62,107 nt of DNA from a virus: positions 1 to 62,107 of IMG/VR virus record IMGVR_UViG_3300044832_000020; one strand, given 5' to 3'. A model generated the notes under the pieces. The model searched no databases, had not been told where the DNA came from, and was given only the letters and a program-made list of their open reading frames with translations. Shown here one piece after another: positions 61,464 through 62,107 of this stretch; the first letter of the stretch is position 1, and each line of letters begins with the position of its first letter. Position numbers and translations under genes: made by a program.

Positions 61464-61898
61464 TTAAAAGGGTGGGTCGCCGCTGTAGTCGCCAACTTTC
61501 GGCGCGGCGTGGACGGTCTGGATCGAGGGCAGCGGGAGCACCCAGCAGGCATGCTCGGCAACGACGTCGTACGGCGGGAGTCGACCTGGCCGGCGGGGAG
61601 TGCCGGCAGGGTGGCCACGGATCTCGAAATGGCCGCGCTGGTCGAGCTGCAGGAACCCGGCGGTCCAGCGCAGGCAGTACGTGCGGCGCCCCAGGATCAG
61701 CGCTGCCGCTTCCCCGCGCGAGCTGAGTGGGTTCGTATCGCAGACGGCTTCACCAGCGATCAGGTCAGCGTCAAGGCCAACGATGACGCGGTGGTTGCAC
61801 TTGCGACAGCGCCGGACCCTGGCGTGCCGGGTGACGCCGTCGACGTCCCAGAGCCCGGAGGCTTCGAGGTGTTTCTGGAGCCAGGTGGGGATGGTCAC
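61464..61898 (-). CDS. hypothetical protein (144 aa)
   Basis: Track ORF. Its GTG overlaps a TGA that terminates the frame continuing the primase ORF across the junction. Confidence 0.6.
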   Translation of the reverse strand: MTIPTWLQKHLEASGLWDVDGVTRHARVRRCRKCNHRVIVGLDADLIAGEAVCDTNPLSSRGEAAALILGRRTYCLRWTAGFLQLDQRGHFEIRGHPAGTPRRPGRLPPYDVVAEHACWVLPLPSIQTVHAAPKVGDYSGDPPF

Positions 61899-62107
61899 GG
61901 CGCCTCACCTCGCGCTCGCTGCAGGCATGGATCACACCAGAGCGAGTTGGGGGCGGCGGGCGCTGCCTGGCAGGCCGCACAGGGCGATGGTGGGTCTGGT
62001 GGTTCTGGTGGGTCTGTCCCAACGCTATTCACGGGAACACGTATACGTCCCATATCGTGAGACGAGGTATCGATCTGAGCTAATAAGGCTGTAGCAGACC
62101 CACCAGA
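61895..62107 (-). CDS. C-terminal tail of the primase-helicase ORF (only if the ends are joined): DPPEPPDPP linker plus CxxC...CxxC zinc-ribbon
   Basis: The frame phase matches after removing one 23-bp copy. There is no stop until TGA 61895..61897. Sequence PCAACQAAPAAPNSLWCDPCLQRARGEAP is GC3-rich. Confidence 0.55.
   Translation of the reverse strand, partial: SGGSATALLAQIDTSSHDMGRIRVPVNSVGTDPPEPPDPPSPCAACQAAPAAPNSLWCDPCLQRARGEAP
61988..62016. repeat. arm of the 29-bp perfect inverted repeat (partner 11..39); encodes GGSGGSGGS on the minus strand at the partner arm
   Basis: tggtgggtctggtggttctggtgggtctg read directly. Confidence 0.95.

Larger units (their letters stand above)
1..62107. mobile_element. 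complete temperate siphovirus-like actinophage genome in circular/attP configuration (unique length 62084 bp)
   Basis: Head, tail, lysis, lysogeny and replication modules are all present. The attP-like site is internal. The two ends share 23 identical nt. No host housekeeping genes. Confidence 0.8.

Noticed and set aside
1-62107. An integrated prophage with host flanks at the window edges
   Set aside because: The att-like site is internal, the window ends are identical, and a phage ORF is in phase across the join. No host genes are visible.
61988-62107. The inverted-repeat element as a MITE/IS insertion in the primase gene
   Set aside because: There is no target-site duplication next to the arms and no transposase. 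The reading frame stays open through it and ends in a coupled GTGA overlap.

Overview
The window appears to be a complete high-GC temperate siphovirus-like actinobacteriophage genome, not a chromosomal segment. The first 23 nt are identical to the last 23 nt, giving a unique length of 62084 bp, and an attP-like site lies inside the window next to the integrase. No host flanks are visible. Layout: (1) 13782 down to 1, wrapping to 62084..54395, minus strand, is a long, tightly overlapped early/replication operon. It encodes a Prim-Pol/helicase, a Cas4-like nuclease, many Cys-rich mini-proteins, an HNH endonuclease, an Rpf-LysM protein, a ParB-like protein, a papain-like protease and an ABC-ATPase/GNAT fusion. 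(2) 13783..16830 is the lysogeny module: divergent switch, repressor, tyrosine integrase, two unknown genes, and attP carrying a tRNA 3-prime fragment. (3) 44949 down to 17343, minus strand, is the late operon: TerS, TerL, portal, protease-capsid fusion, connectors, major tail, G/GT chaperones, tape measure, minor tails, lysis cassette, then further fibre-like genes. One plus-strand lipoprotein moron sits inside it. (4) 45216..54319, plus strand, holds about 27 small genes driven by a five-fold reiterated promoter/operator/leader cassette, with a tRNA-like gene, DUF932 and ASCH. The strongest hunt results are these: a candidate replication origin (inverted 3x9-bp arrays around an AT-rich core) translated as a linker inside the primase-helicase gene; the reiterated promoter cassette; a 30-bp quasi-palindrome found upstream of four key minus-strand genes; 10-bp-phased ACGCGCTA boxes shared by the switch region and attP; and an unusual enzyme cluster at the end of the early operon. 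All product calls come from motifs I recognised in translations. No database search was possible. Start codons were often moved inward from the supplied maximal ORFs, using third-position GC and start/stop overlaps.
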